64,000 bases of DNA from IMG/VR virus record IMGVR_UViG_3300049009_000811, positions 1 to 64,000 of that record; one strand, 5' to 3'. Every line of letters begins with the position of its first letter. Position 1 is the first letter of the stretch. Positions 39,526 to 48,661 of the stretch are shown in pieces. The position numbers and the translations under genes were made by a program. Origin of the DNA: a virus. Taxonomy: Duplodnaviria; Caudoviricetes. The notes under the pieces are model-generated. The model did not search any database and was not told the origin of the DNA. It saw nothing but the letters and a program-made list of their open reading frames with translations.

Positions 39526-39585
39526 CCGTTCCCCGGCAACCCGGAACCCTATGGTCGCAACCTAACTTCAACAGGAGAATGAAAG

Positions 39586-39762
39586 ATGAGTCATACGCCA
39601 GAGAAAATAAATTCCGAGTTGCTCAACATGCTCATGAGAATGGTCGATGAATGTTCTTATTCCCATGTCACCCCCGAGGGCGTTGAAATCGCCAGCAGAC
39701 CGTGCCCAATCACGATGCAGCATGCCCGCGAAGCCATCGCAAAGGCGACAGGAAAAAGCTAG
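39586..39762 (+). CDS. small AIAKAT-family protein
   Basis: MSHTP...ELL...AREAIAKATGKS. Confidence 0.7.
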   Translation: MSHTPEKINSELLNMLMRMVDECSYSHVTPEGVEIASRPCPITMQHAREAIAKATGKS

Positions 39763-39834
39763 CCGTTCGCCCGACATCTGGAACCCTATGGTCGTGTGGT
39801 GGAAACGAAATTATAACCTATGAGGATTCATGCC

Positions 39835-40236
39835 ATGAAAAGAACAAGAACAGTAGAAATTGAAGATGTTTTAGATTCATGTGTAGAAACAGCAATCGAT
39901 AAAGTTAAGGATTTACTGGAAGAATACATAAAAGAAAACGATTCCGGTCCTTTGCCTGATATCAATAACGACTTGGATTACTCTGGCTCCGTTCACGAAA
40001 TAATCGATAGGTCTGTACCAGATTATTACAAGGTCATAGACGATACTTGGTATCTTTATAAAGAAGATTTGATCGAAGCTTACGAAAATTCCGGAATGGG
40101 CGACAATCCCATGGATGGCAACGGAACAGTTGCGATATATTGCTATATCGAACAAAAAGTAGGCGAATGGTACCGAAAAGAAGCGCAAGACATATTTGAT
40201 GAAATAGTCAGTAAGAAGAAGAAAAAGAAAAGCTAG
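39835..40236 (+). CDS. Ocr-like (T7 gp0.3-like) acidic anti-restriction candidate
   Basis: VHEIIDRSVPDYYKVI..EAYENSGM..AIY aligns by eye to recalled T7 Ocr IHMAADNAVPHYYADI..LEFEDSGL..RIY. Confidence 0.6.
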   Translation: MKRTRTVEIEDVLDSCVETAIDKVKDLLEEYIKENDSGPLPDINNDLDYSGSVHEIIDRSVPDYYKVIDDTWYLYKEDLIEAYENSGMGDNPMDGNGTVAIYCYIEQKVGEWYRKEAQDIFDEIVSKKKKKKS

Positions 40237-40294
40237 CCGTTCCCCGACATCTGGAACCCTACAAACGTAACTCAACACTAACAGGAGAAGAATA

Positions 40295-40585
40295 ATGACC
40301 GATAAACCAAAGTGGGACTTAGAAGAAGTTCCTTTTGAAAACAACGATCCTGCGGGTGGATGGTATCTCCACTTTGATACAGAGGCAGATCATGAAGTTC
40401 TATACATGAGTAAAAGCAATGTATCAGAAGAACAAGCCAATCTAATAGCAGCGTCGCCAGAGTTGCTGGAAACGCTGAAAGACATTTCTGTTTGGTTGAC
40501 AGCACCTTCTACGGACAAAGCAACCATCGATCATTGGAAGCAAAAGGTTTCAACAGCCATCGCAAAGGCGACAGGAAAAAGCTAG
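40295..40585 (+). CDS. AAPELL/AIAKAT-family phage protein
   Basis: ANLIAASPELLETLK...AIAKATGKS. Confidence 0.75.
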   Translation: MTDKPKWDLEEVPFENNDPAGGWYLHFDTEADHEVLYMSKSNVSEEQANLIAASPELLETLKDISVWLTAPSTDKATIDHWKQKVSTAIAKATGKS

Positions 40586-40651
40586 CCGTTCGCCCGACAT
40601 CTGGAACCCTATGGTCGTGTGGTGGAAACGAAACAAAAGGGAGACATAGAG

Positions 40652-40825
40652 ATGAATGACTCAGTGAAAAAATGGATCAACGGAAAGTCCGACAGCTGCA
40701 CCTTCACCGTCGACAAGGTTTCGACGGGGCACAAAGCCCACCGGGGAGGCGTCGGGATACACGACACCCGCCCGAGACGGCAGCGCACCAGGGGCGCAGC
40801 CCAGCGCAACGCGATGCGCGACTGA
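40652..40825 (+). CDS. small basic protein
   Basis: GH..HRGG.G.HD.RPRRQRTR. Confidence 0.65.
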   Translation: MNDSVKKWINGKSDSCTFTVDKVSTGHKAHRGGVGIHDTRPRRQRTRGAAQRNAMRD

Positions 40826-41032
40826 CAAACGCGGCGAAAGCCGCCAGGCGTGGCAACCCCACACACACAATTGCCACGCCAAGGAAACCCAGGTCAATAG
40901 CCTGGGTTTCTTTTTTGCCCGGAACCGGTGTACTGACCTCCGGAGCCAGCCTGTCTCCAGGTTCCAGCCGTTCGCCGACCAGGCGGAACCCAATCATTGT
41001 GGGAAACAACAAACCTTAAAAGGAGAATGAGG

Positions 41033-41926
41033 ATGATCAAGGTAAACAAGATTTTGCGGAACCCGAACATCACCGGCGACAGGTCAAACATCACCGGCGA
41101 TCCGATAAACATCAGGGGCGACATCACGAACATCAGGGGCGACGTAACGAAACTCAGGGGCGACGTAACGAACATCAGCGGCGACGTGACCCTAATCAAC
41201 CGGTGTGGGACCATTTACGGGATCGAGGGCGACGTCTCGGGAATCAGCGGCGACGTGACGAAAATCAAGGGCGACGTCTCGAATATCAGGGGCGACGTGA
41301 CCAAGATCAGTGGAAAGGTGGACGGGGTCAAGCCACACCCTGGGGGCGACAGCCATCAAACACGTCCAGGTCTCATGGGCGACGTGTCCAAGATCAGCGG
41401 CGACATATCCAATCTCTACGGCGACGTGTCCGGCATCTGGGGGAATGTTTCCGGGATCATAGGCGACGTGTCCTATATCAAGGGCGACGTGACCGATTTC
41501 TGCGGTGACGTGAACGGTCAATATCAACGTGTCACTGAGGGAGACATAAAAGACCTGGCGACGAACTATGGAAAGGTTAAAAAACTGATCAATTCCGGCA
41601 ATCTTGTTGGAAAATATCTTGAAATCAATGGCGATGCAAAGAACATCTGGGGCAACGCCTATAGAATCAGCGGCGACGTCTCGAATATCTGTGGTGACAT
41701 CAACAAGATCCATGGCTACGTCTCGGGAATCAGCGGCGACGTAACGAACATCGAGGGCGACGTCTCGAGAATCAGGGGCGACGTCTCGAAGCTCAGCGGC
41801 GACTTGTCCGGGATCAAGGGCGACGTGACCGGGATCGAGGGCGATTTCTCGTTCCTGACGGGAGAACAACGCTCGAAGGGAATCTCGATCTCTATAATCC
41901 TAGACATGTTGGAAAAAGCTGGCTAA
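41033..41926 (+). CDS. GDV heptapeptide-repeat protein, paralogue 7
   Basis: GDV[ST]xIx repeats; internal KKLINSGNL cap. Confidence 0.85.
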   Translation: MIKVNKILRNPNITGDRSNITGDPINIRGDITNIRGDVTKLRGDVTNISGDVTLINRCGTIYGIEGDVSGISGDVTKIKGDVSNIRGDVTKISGKVDGVKPHPGGDSHQTRPGLMGDVSKISGDISNLYGDVSGIWGNVSGIIGDVSYIKGDVTDFCGDVNGQYQRVTEGDIKDLATNYGKVKKLINSGNLVGKYLEINGDAKNIWGNAYRISGDVSNICGDINKIHGYVSGISGDVTNIEGDVSRIRGDVSKLSGDLSGIKGDVTGIEGDFSFLTGEQRSKGISISIILDMLEKAG

Positions 41927-42032
41927 CCACGCGGAAACCTGGAAGCCCTGGCGTGACTGCCGGGGCTCCAGCCGTTCCCAGTCAACCCGGAACCCAATCA
42001 TTGTGGTGGCAAGCAACAAACTATAAAGGAGA

Positions 42033-42242
42033 ATGAAAATGCTGGTAGGAGAATTGAACCAGGGTCAGAGGCTCGCTTACAAGCTTCTGCTCCGGAGGGA
42101 CGCGAAGATATACGACTGGGACGACACGTTCGTCGCCAGGATGCTCGACGACAACGAGTCGGTCCTCGGCGGCGAGGGATCGATAGAGGCGGGACGCAGG
42201 CTGGTGCCGTACTTCAGGTCCGTCTACCACGCGAGACGCTAG
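42033..42242 (+). CDS. hypothetical protein
   Basis: Motif A and SD. Confidence 0.7.
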   Translation: MKMLVGELNQGQRLAYKLLLRRDAKIYDWDDTFVARMLDDNESVLGGEGSIEAGRRLVPYFRSVYHARR

Positions 42243-42355
42243 ACCGGGAAACCCCCGGTCTTTTTTTTCCCCGGAAACCGGTGTACTGACCTCCGGAAAG
42301 CGAAACTCGGCACATATATAGGGTCATAACCGCCGTCCAACAAAAGGGAAGACCG

Positions 42356-43036
42356 ATGAAGACACAAAACAGGAAAGCCAAGAAACACCACAACCAGATC
42401 AACGAGGGGTTCGTCCGATACTCCTTCTCGGAGTACGTCCACAGGCAGGGCGACGAGCAGTTCGACGAGTTCCTCGGGATCGGGAAGGCTTTGGGCGGCG
42501 CGTGGAACAAACTCACCCAGAACCAGCGCCCAGGCGGCGTTCCCAGAGCTTCCGCCCCGGATGCGGCACCAGCACAAGCGCAGCGCCCAAGCGCGCCGCA
42601 GCGGATACTGCAGCGCGCCGCAGAGCAGAAGCCAAGCTCGTTCACCCCGGACCAAGCCAAAATGGCGAAACTGAAATCGAGGAACGTCCACCTGACACGC
42701 GTCGAGAAGTCTTTCGATGACATAGCCAACGTGCTGCAGAAACCGCAGCCCGGCGAGGACATGGCTGCGATATCGGGCATGAACGTATACGTGAAAGAGA
42801 AATTGATCCCGGCGCTGAAGAACCAGTTCCGCCCTTCGATGGACAAGAAATGGAAACTGCTCGACGACGCGACCCCGAACGACGTCTCCAGGAGCGGCGG
42901 CATGATATCCGCCAGGGAAACCAACCCAGAGGGCGGCGCGCCTAGGGGCAGCGGCTCGGCACCGGGTTCAGGCTCGGCTAAAGACCAGATCTCCAAGTCC
43001 GCCGGGAGTTACTTCGACAGGCTCAGCGGCAGGTAA
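42356..43036 (+). CDS. hypothetical protein, possible virion-internal protein
   Basis: No motif A; CATATATA at 42313; YSFSEYV..DE.FDEFLG; low-complexity linkers. Confidence 0.65.
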   Translation: MKTQNRKAKKHHNQINEGFVRYSFSEYVHRQGDEQFDEFLGIGKALGGAWNKLTQNQRPGGVPRASAPDAAPAQAQRPSAPQRILQRAAEQKPSSFTPDQAKMAKLKSRNVHLTRVEKSFDDIANVLQKPQPGEDMAAISGMNVYVKEKLIPALKNQFRPSMDKKWKLLDDATPNDVSRSGGMISARETNPEGGAPRGSGSAPGSGSAKDQISKSAGSYFDRLSGR

Positions 43037-43116
43037 CACGGGAACGGACGCGCGGAAACGAAGAAAGCCAGGGATTACTCCCTGGCTTTCTCATTTAAGT
43101 CAGTCTGCGCCCGCCA

Positions 43117-43200
43117 CTAGTCGGCTGCGCCAGTCGCGCATACCGCAGACACGAGGATCGAACCCATCATCGCCACGACCAACCACAGGTAAATTTCCAT
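43117..43200 (-). CDS. 27-aa hydrophobic peptide
   Basis: Minus motif A and AAGGAG SD; MEIYLWLVVAMMGSILVSAV. Confidence 0.5.
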   Translation of the reverse strand: MEIYLWLVVAMMGSILVSAVCATGAAD

Positions 43201-43269
43201 CTTTCATTCTCCTTCAAAGTTTTTGTTTCCCGCCACACGAACATAGGGTGCCGCGTGGCGGGCGAACGG

Positions 43270-43698
43270 CTATTCGGAAGCCATCATCGCGTCCCTCACC
43301 CTCGACGAGTGGTTGGTGCAATGGTGGTCATTCCCGGCGTAGGACTCGCCGCATCCCCTGCATACATTCGTCGCGGGCTTGACCCAGCTTTCGTTGCTCA
43401 AAGCCCACCGCAGCCGCTTCTCCGCGCGCTCCAGCGACACCTTCGCCTCGTCGGAACCGGGTTTCGCCTGCAGCGTCAACACCAGGTCGAGGACCTCGTC
43501 GCACCAGGCTTCGCTCGGGAACTGGTCATCCATCGCCCCGGTCAGCGTCTCCAGCACGTAAGCGAGGGTACGTTCCCGGCGGAAGAACTTGGACGTCCTC
43601 TCCCGGTCCTTCTGCCACACGACCATGCTTAGGTCATGAGCGAGGAACGCAGCGTGCGTCTCCAGCAACATCCCGATAACCTTCTTCTCCTTCTCCAT
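43270..43698 (-). CDS. hypothetical protein with C-terminal Zn ribbon
   Basis: AAGGAG SD; CRGCG...HHC; stop overlaps motif A. Confidence 0.7.
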   Translation of the reverse strand: MEKEKKVIGMLLETHAAFLAHDLSMVVWQKDRERTSKFFRRERTLAYVLETLTGAMDDQFPSEAWCDEVLDLVLTLQAKPGSDEAKVSLERAEKRLRWALSNESWVKPATNVCRGCGESYAGNDHHCTNHSSRVRDAMMASE

Positions 43699-43946
43699 GA
43701 CACGACTCCTTTCAAAAGTCCGATCTCCCGGGTTCCGCCCGACATAGGGCGAACGCCATACCCGCGAACCACCATATAGGTGGCGAGGTGCCAGACCCGG
43801 CAAGAACGGCTAAGTCATTCGCCCGGAACCGGGAAAGTTTGCATGGAAAAACCGATATTTTCCTTTTTCCCCGTTCCGTGAGCCGTTCGACAGCGGACCG
43901 GCACCCCATAGCCGTGTGACAAACATCAAAACGAGAGGGATTGATC

Positions 43947-44657
43947 ATGGGAATGTTCTCCTGGTGCTGCAAGGGATGCGGCGAAGAGATATGCCGCGGC
44001 GAGTTCGCCCGGCTCAACGGAAGAAAACAGGTCTACGGCGGATACGGCGACGGCGACCACGACGAATACGTCGCCTGGCACCAGCGCTGCTACGGCGCTG
44101 CGACCAAGGAACAGAAGCTGGACGACAACCCCAGCAAGCCCGCGAAAAACCAGGGCATGGGCGCCGCGAGGCTGCGTTTCCTCGAGGGCTACGACGAGGG
44201 CAAGCCGGTCACCTACACCGCGGTCCTGTACGCCTACGGCGAGAAGGGGCAATTCGAGTTCTTCTACACCAACTCCGGCAAGCTGGAGAACCAGACGTCC
44301 TATGACGCCCTCTACGAGGCTGAGGTCGACAAGCCTTCCGGTTTCGACTACGAGGCGTGGACGCTGCTCCCAGCGGAGGACAAGAAGAAGGCGAAAGAGG
44401 AACACCTGAAGAAGATAGAGGAAGCAATCGGCTTCCCTTCCCCGCGCGACAACGCCAAGGTTTTCGGCTCGAGGGTCGATGCGCTCGTGTTGGCACTCGC
44501 GGCGCTGGATCGCGCGGCGCTGGCTCGCGACCTGCCGGAGGAGTGCGGGGGGAGATACCATCTGATCGTCCTCGGCAGGCAGGGCGATATCGAGGGATCC
44601 GTCTACGAGCGGGTAAGCCGTTCGGAAACCGACCGGAACCCCACCATCGTAAAATAA
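43947..44657 (+). CDS. hypothetical protein (reads through motif A)
   Basis: MGMFSWCCKGCG, YGGYG, WHQRCY, NQG; last codons in motif A at 44617. Confidence 0.75.
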   Translation: MGMFSWCCKGCGEEICRGEFARLNGRKQVYGGYGDGDHDEYVAWHQRCYGAATKEQKLDDNPSKPAKNQGMGAARLRFLEGYDEGKPVTYTAVLYAYGEKGQFEFFYTNSGKLENQTSYDALYEAEVDKPSGFDYEAWTLLPAEDKKKAKEEHLKKIEEAIGFPSPRDNAKVFGSRVDALVLALAALDRAALARDLPEECGGRYHLIVLGRQGDIEGSVYERVSRSETDRNPTIVK

Positions 44658-44675
44658 CCATAAAGGAGAACCGAG

Positions 44676-44831
44676 ATGGAAGACTACTGGCTGGAAATGG
44701 CGTACGAGGACAGGGTCTCTGGGAATCCAGACTTCGACGAGGACGACTACGACATCGAACCTGACTTCGATGACGACGACGATGACATCGAGCCCGACTA
44801 CGACCCGGACGGTCACGCGCAGGCTGCGTAA
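44676..44831 (+). CDS. highly acidic 51-aa protein
   Basis: MEDYWLEMAYEDR...FDEDDYDIEPDFDDDDDDIEPDYD; motif A and SD. Confidence 0.7.
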   Translation: MEDYWLEMAYEDRVSGNPDFDEDDYDIEPDFDDDDDDIEPDYDPDGHAQAA

Positions 44832-44986
44832 GCAATGGCGGGCATCCACACACACTGAAGTCCCGCCGCGGGAAAGCCAGGGAAACCTGGCTTCCTCCCA
44901 TTCCACCCATATTACGGCTGAGCCGTTCACGGAAACCCCGGAACCCCATTGTCGTGACGGAAACCAAAACCAACGGAGATCGAAAG

Positions 44987-45196
44987 ATGAAGACCCTTTT
45001 CCTGCTTCTGGCGCCATTTTTCAACAACTATGTCGAGAGCGACGAGAACATAGTTTACGTCCAGAGCTACCAGATGGTAGTGAACGACGAGATCAAGCGT
45101 GACATCGTCGTGGGCGTGAAACCGGGCAAGAGGAAGTTCACGTTCGAGGTACTCGTCGTGGACAACGACAGCATCCTCGTCGACTTCCACAATTAA
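44987..45196 (+). CDS. small hypothetical protein
   Basis: Motif A and SD. Confidence 0.65.
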   Translation: MKTLFLLLAPFFNNYVESDENIVYVQSYQMVVNDEIKRDIVVGVKPGKRKFTFEVLVVDNDSILVDFHN

Positions 45197-45278
45197 GACC
45201 ATGCCACCGTATGTACTGGCATGGCGAAAAAGGCGGCTTTCCCTCGGGAAGGCTGCCTTTTCTCACATACATACATAC

Positions 45279-45902
45279 ATGAACCTAAGGCAACATTCGA
45301 AGGAAGGTCAGGACATCGTCCTGTACCACTGGATCAGGACGGTCGGCGAGACCAACAGGGTCGCCGTCGAGTTCGGGGCGCGCGACGGCTTCGACTGCTC
45401 CAACGTGAGGATGTTCGCGCAGCTCGGCTGGAGGCTGGTCCAGTGGGACGCCAACCAGTCCGGGGACGTGAGCAGGGAGTTCGTGACGAGGGAGAACGTC
45501 AACGACACGTTCGCCAGGCACGGCGTCCCGCCCGAGCCGGACATACTCTCCATAGACGTGGACGGCAACGACTACTGGATATGGGAAGCGCTCACGTACC
45601 TCCCGAGGATCGTCGTCATCGAGTACAACGCCAACTTCGCGATCGGCGAGAGCGCCGTCGTGAGGTATGACCCCAACAGGAAGTGGACCGGGGACGCAGC
45701 CTACGGGGCTTCGTTCACCGCCATGAACGACCTGGCGAGGCGCAAGGGATACGTGTACGTCGACGAGGTCGGTCACGACCTGGTTTTCGTGCGCGAGAGC
45801 CTGCTCCTCCCCAAAGCCGTGAACCCGACCCTGCCGAGGCACATCCACAGGCAGACCGGATATGACCAGTTCACCGCGCCGACGCGCCAGATAAAGCTGT
45901 GA
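45279..45902 (+). CDS. FkbM-like methyltransferase-fold protein
   Basis: S..GQD, VEFGARDG..SN, DILSIDVDGNDYWIW, PRIVVIEYN, GASF.AM..LA.RKGY. Confidence 0.8.
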   Translation: MNLRQHSKEGQDIVLYHWIRTVGETNRVAVEFGARDGFDCSNVRMFAQLGWRLVQWDANQSGDVSREFVTRENVNDTFARHGVPPEPDILSIDVDGNDYWIWEALTYLPRIVVIEYNANFAIGESAVVRYDPNRKWTGDAAYGASFTAMNDLARRKGYVYVDEVGHDLVFVRESLLLPKAVNPTLPRHIHRQTGYDQFTAPTRQIKL

Positions 45903-46002
45903 AGCCCGCGATCCCGCAAACGTGAAGCCGACCGGTGAAGCCGTTCCCAGACCGACCGGAACCCCATGGGCATGTGACGGAAACCGAACCAAGGAGAATG
46001 AA

Positions 46003-46107
46003 ATGAACGACATGAAGACACGCGAAGTGACGGACATCCAGTGCAACGAGGATACCGGGGTGACTCCCGAGCAGATCTACCTGGACATGCTGGCGATGGC
46101 TGCCTAG
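46003..46107 (+). CDS. 34-aa peptide
   Basis: Motif A and AAGGAG SD. Confidence 0.55.
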   Translation: MNDMKTREVTDIQCNEDTGVTPEQIYLDMLAMAA

Positions 46108-46335
46108 GACAGGACGTGAAACCCGAAACCAAAGCCCATGGGGATTGCCCCGTGGGCTTTTCCTTTTAGGCGCCGGAACACGTGAAGCCCGGACCCGACG
46201 CCGGACCGCGTGAAGCAGCCATGCCGACGTGAAGCCGTGAAACCGGTGTACTGACCTCCGGACCCTGGCGCGGAAACGAGAAAGCGAGCGAGTCATCGCT
46301 GACTCGCTCGCTTTACCCCCTAGACCGCGCGGAAC

Positions 46336-46758
46336 CTACAGTATCTGGTACTGGTTCGGGTACTTGCCGTCAAGCCAAACCTTGGCTTTCGCCAGTTCCG
46401 TGCAGCCAGTAAGCGTCCGGAAAGTTCCCCTATCGTCCGTGGTGAGACGGAACACGGTTCCCTTCCTCTTGGCTTTCGCCAGTTGCTTCTCCTTCTCGAA
46501 GTTCTCTAGGAGCTGGTCGAGGAAAGTCTCGACATTGTGGGTGTATTGAACACCAGAGAATTCATATTGGGGCTGAGAGGCTACATGAGCCTCAAGACTC
46601 GCTTGCGATCCGACGCCGAAGTACTCGACATCGACCGGACCGCCCTCTCCTCCGTTATGGACGAAGGCGAACCTTTTGCCGTCCACGTTCAACGTGAACT
46701 GGTAACCGCCACCATCCCTCGTGTCCCAAGTTTTCAATCCCTTTATCTTGAAGTCCAT
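46336..46758 (-). CDS. conserved phage hypothetical protein
   Basis: L.VDGKR.A.V.N.G.GG; minus motif A and SD. Confidence 0.75.
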   Translation of the reverse strand: MDFKIKGLKTWDTRDGGGYQFTLNVDGKRFAFVHNGGEGGPVDVEYFGVGSQASLEAHVASQPQYEFSGVQYTHNVETFLDQLLENFEKEKQLAKAKRKGTVFRLTTDDRGTFRTLTGCTELAKAKVWLDGKYPNQYQIL

Positions 46759-46831
46759 TTTTCCGTCTCCTTTGTTTTATTGTTCCCTTCACACAACCAT
46801 AGGGTGCCAGTTCGCCAGCGAACGGCTCAGC

Positions 46832-47017
46832 CTAGGCGATTCTGGTTATCCTCATGTCGCCACGGATCTCGTCACCGACCTCGGAACACGAAACCCAATC
46901 CTCGAACTCCTCGAAGGACTCCTCGAAGGATTCGTCATACAAGGCGAGGACTCTGTCGCCCTCGACCTCGGTGTTGTATCCACGACCAGTAAGATCCTTC
47001 ACGAAGAATTTCTTCAT
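46832..47017 (-). CDS. small acidic protein
   Basis: Minus motif A; ESFEESFEEFEDW. Confidence 0.65.
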   Translation of the reverse strand: MKKFFVKDLTGRGYNTEVEGDRVLALYDESFEESFEEFEDWVSCSEVGDEIRGDMRITRIA

Positions 47018-47168
47018 TTCCGATCCCCTTGATTTTAGTTTCCCGCCACACGACAATGGGGTTCCAGGTCGCCAGCGAACGGCTCGACCGAAGCCCTACT
47101 GGGACCGGAAGTCAGTACACCGGTCCCAGTCATAAAAAAAGCCTAGGTCGATGACCTAGGCTTCCATT

Positions 47169-47339
47169 CTAGTCGCGGCGGCAATATTCGAGGCGGACAG
47201 CCTCGATGGCAGCCGTGAAGGCTTCCTGGTTCCCGCTCGCCGCCTTGACCGCCGCCATCAAGGCGACATAAGGGTTGCTGGAAGCCTCGAGGGCGTCCAG
47301 GCGGGAGTTTACACCGACAAAATATTCGGCTTCGGTCAT
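47169..47339 (-). CDS. small protein, N-terminus shared with 49972
   Basis: MTEAEYFVGVNSRLDALEA; minus motif A and AGGAG SD. Confidence 0.7.
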   Translation of the reverse strand: MTEAEYFVGVNSRLDALEASSNPYVALMAAVKAASGNQEAFTAAIEAVRLEYCRRD

Positions 47340-47496
47340 GTTTCGATCTCCTGAAAGAGTTTAAGTTCCACACCACACAACCATGGGGTTCCAGGTCGAC
47401 CACGAACGGCTCAGCCGAAGCCCCACTGGGACCGGAAGTCAGTACACCGGTTCCAGCCATGAGAAAAGCCCAGGTCATTGACCTGGGCTTTTCTGG

Positions 47497-47820
47497 TTAT
47501 CCAACCACGCAGACCTCAAGGTTCTCTTCCAGCAATTGCCGTACCATGTCCCCGTTGTTATCCAAGGCAATCCGGTGAACACTTGCCAAATCCTTGTTCT
47601 GATATCGCCTGCATGGGATGACGCTGACGATTTTGTAGAAGTCCTTGTTAAGACGGTGAGTCTCCCAAATCCCCTCTATCTTGCAAACACTAACACTTGT
47701 CTTGTATGCCTTGTCGACATGCCTTGTCGACATTTTAACCCTGGTATTACCACTTGTCCACGATTCGGTTATTGTTCTTTTTACCGAATCTTCAAACTTG
47801 TTGTTCTCTACAATCATCAT
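47497..47820 (-). CDS. hypothetical protein (AT-rich)
   Basis: Minus motif A and SD. Confidence 0.7.
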   Translation of the reverse strand: MMIVENNKFEDSVKRTITESWTSGNTRVKMSTRHVDKAYKTSVSVCKIEGIWETHRLNKDFYKIVSVIPCRRYQNKDLASVHRIALDNNGDMVRQLLEENLEVCVVG

Positions 47821-48109
47821 CTTTCGATCCCCTTCAAAGTTTAAGTTCCACACCACACAAACATGGGGTTCCAGGTCATCCCCGAACGGCTCAGACTATA
47901 CTAGATCGATCCGCGGCAACAACGCAATACACCTAGCCGACGAAGCCCCGAAACGCCACCTGTTTTCGACGATCACCGGTAAATCGACCTGCCATGCCAT
48001 TCCAGGACATATGGACGAAAACAGGCACATGACCTGGCGAGCCGTTCACGGTCGACCCGGAACCCCATGGTTGTGTGATGGGAAACAAAAAACTTTCAGG
48101 AGATCGAAA

Positions 48110-48271
48110 ATGAAGAATCTTAGCGCGGTAAAGACCTTTGAGCAAAATTGCGAGTGGATTGACGCGGCAGCCGCCGCCCTCGAAAAACTCGAGGCTGCCA
48201 AGCTCGCGGTTATCGCCGCGCAGGCTGCGGCAGAAGCCGCCGAGGCTGAGGTCGAAATACTTTTCAGTTAA
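48110..48271 (+). CDS. small Ala-rich helical protein
   Basis: Motif A and AGGAG SD; terminator follows. Confidence 0.65.
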   Translation: MKNLSAVKTFEQNCEWIDAAAAALEKLEAAKLAVIAAQAAAEAAEAEVEILFS

Positions 48272-48423
48272 GGAAAAGCCTAGGTCCAAGACCTAGGCTT
48301 TTTTCATGCCCGGAAACCGGTGTACTGACCTCCGGACCCAGTGGAACCAGGTTCCAGCCGTTCGCCAAAGACCCGGAACCCCATCATCGTGTGGCAAGCA
48401 ACAAACTTTCAAGGAAATCAAAA

Positions 48424-48585
48424 ATGGCTAAGTTCTTTTTCGGCGCTTCAATCGTGTTGGCGACTTTCTCCTGCGTGGCTGCGAGCCATGCCGAGCCGAA
48501 TATCGGCGTCGGGATAGTGCTGACGACCCTGACCGCCGCCATGGCGTTGATCACGGCACCGGAGGCTCTCGGTCTCGACAAGTAA
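48424..48585 (+). CDS. small 2-TM membrane protein
   Basis: Two hydrophobic stretches; motifs B and A upstream. Confidence 0.65.
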   Translation: MAKFFFGASIVLATFSCVAASHAEPNIGVGIVLTTLTAAMALITAPEALGLDK

Positions 48586-48661
48586 GCCGAGCCGTTCGCC
48601 GAACACCCGGAACCCTATGGTTGTGTGGTGGGAAAAGGAAACAAAAAAAGGAGAATGGAAA

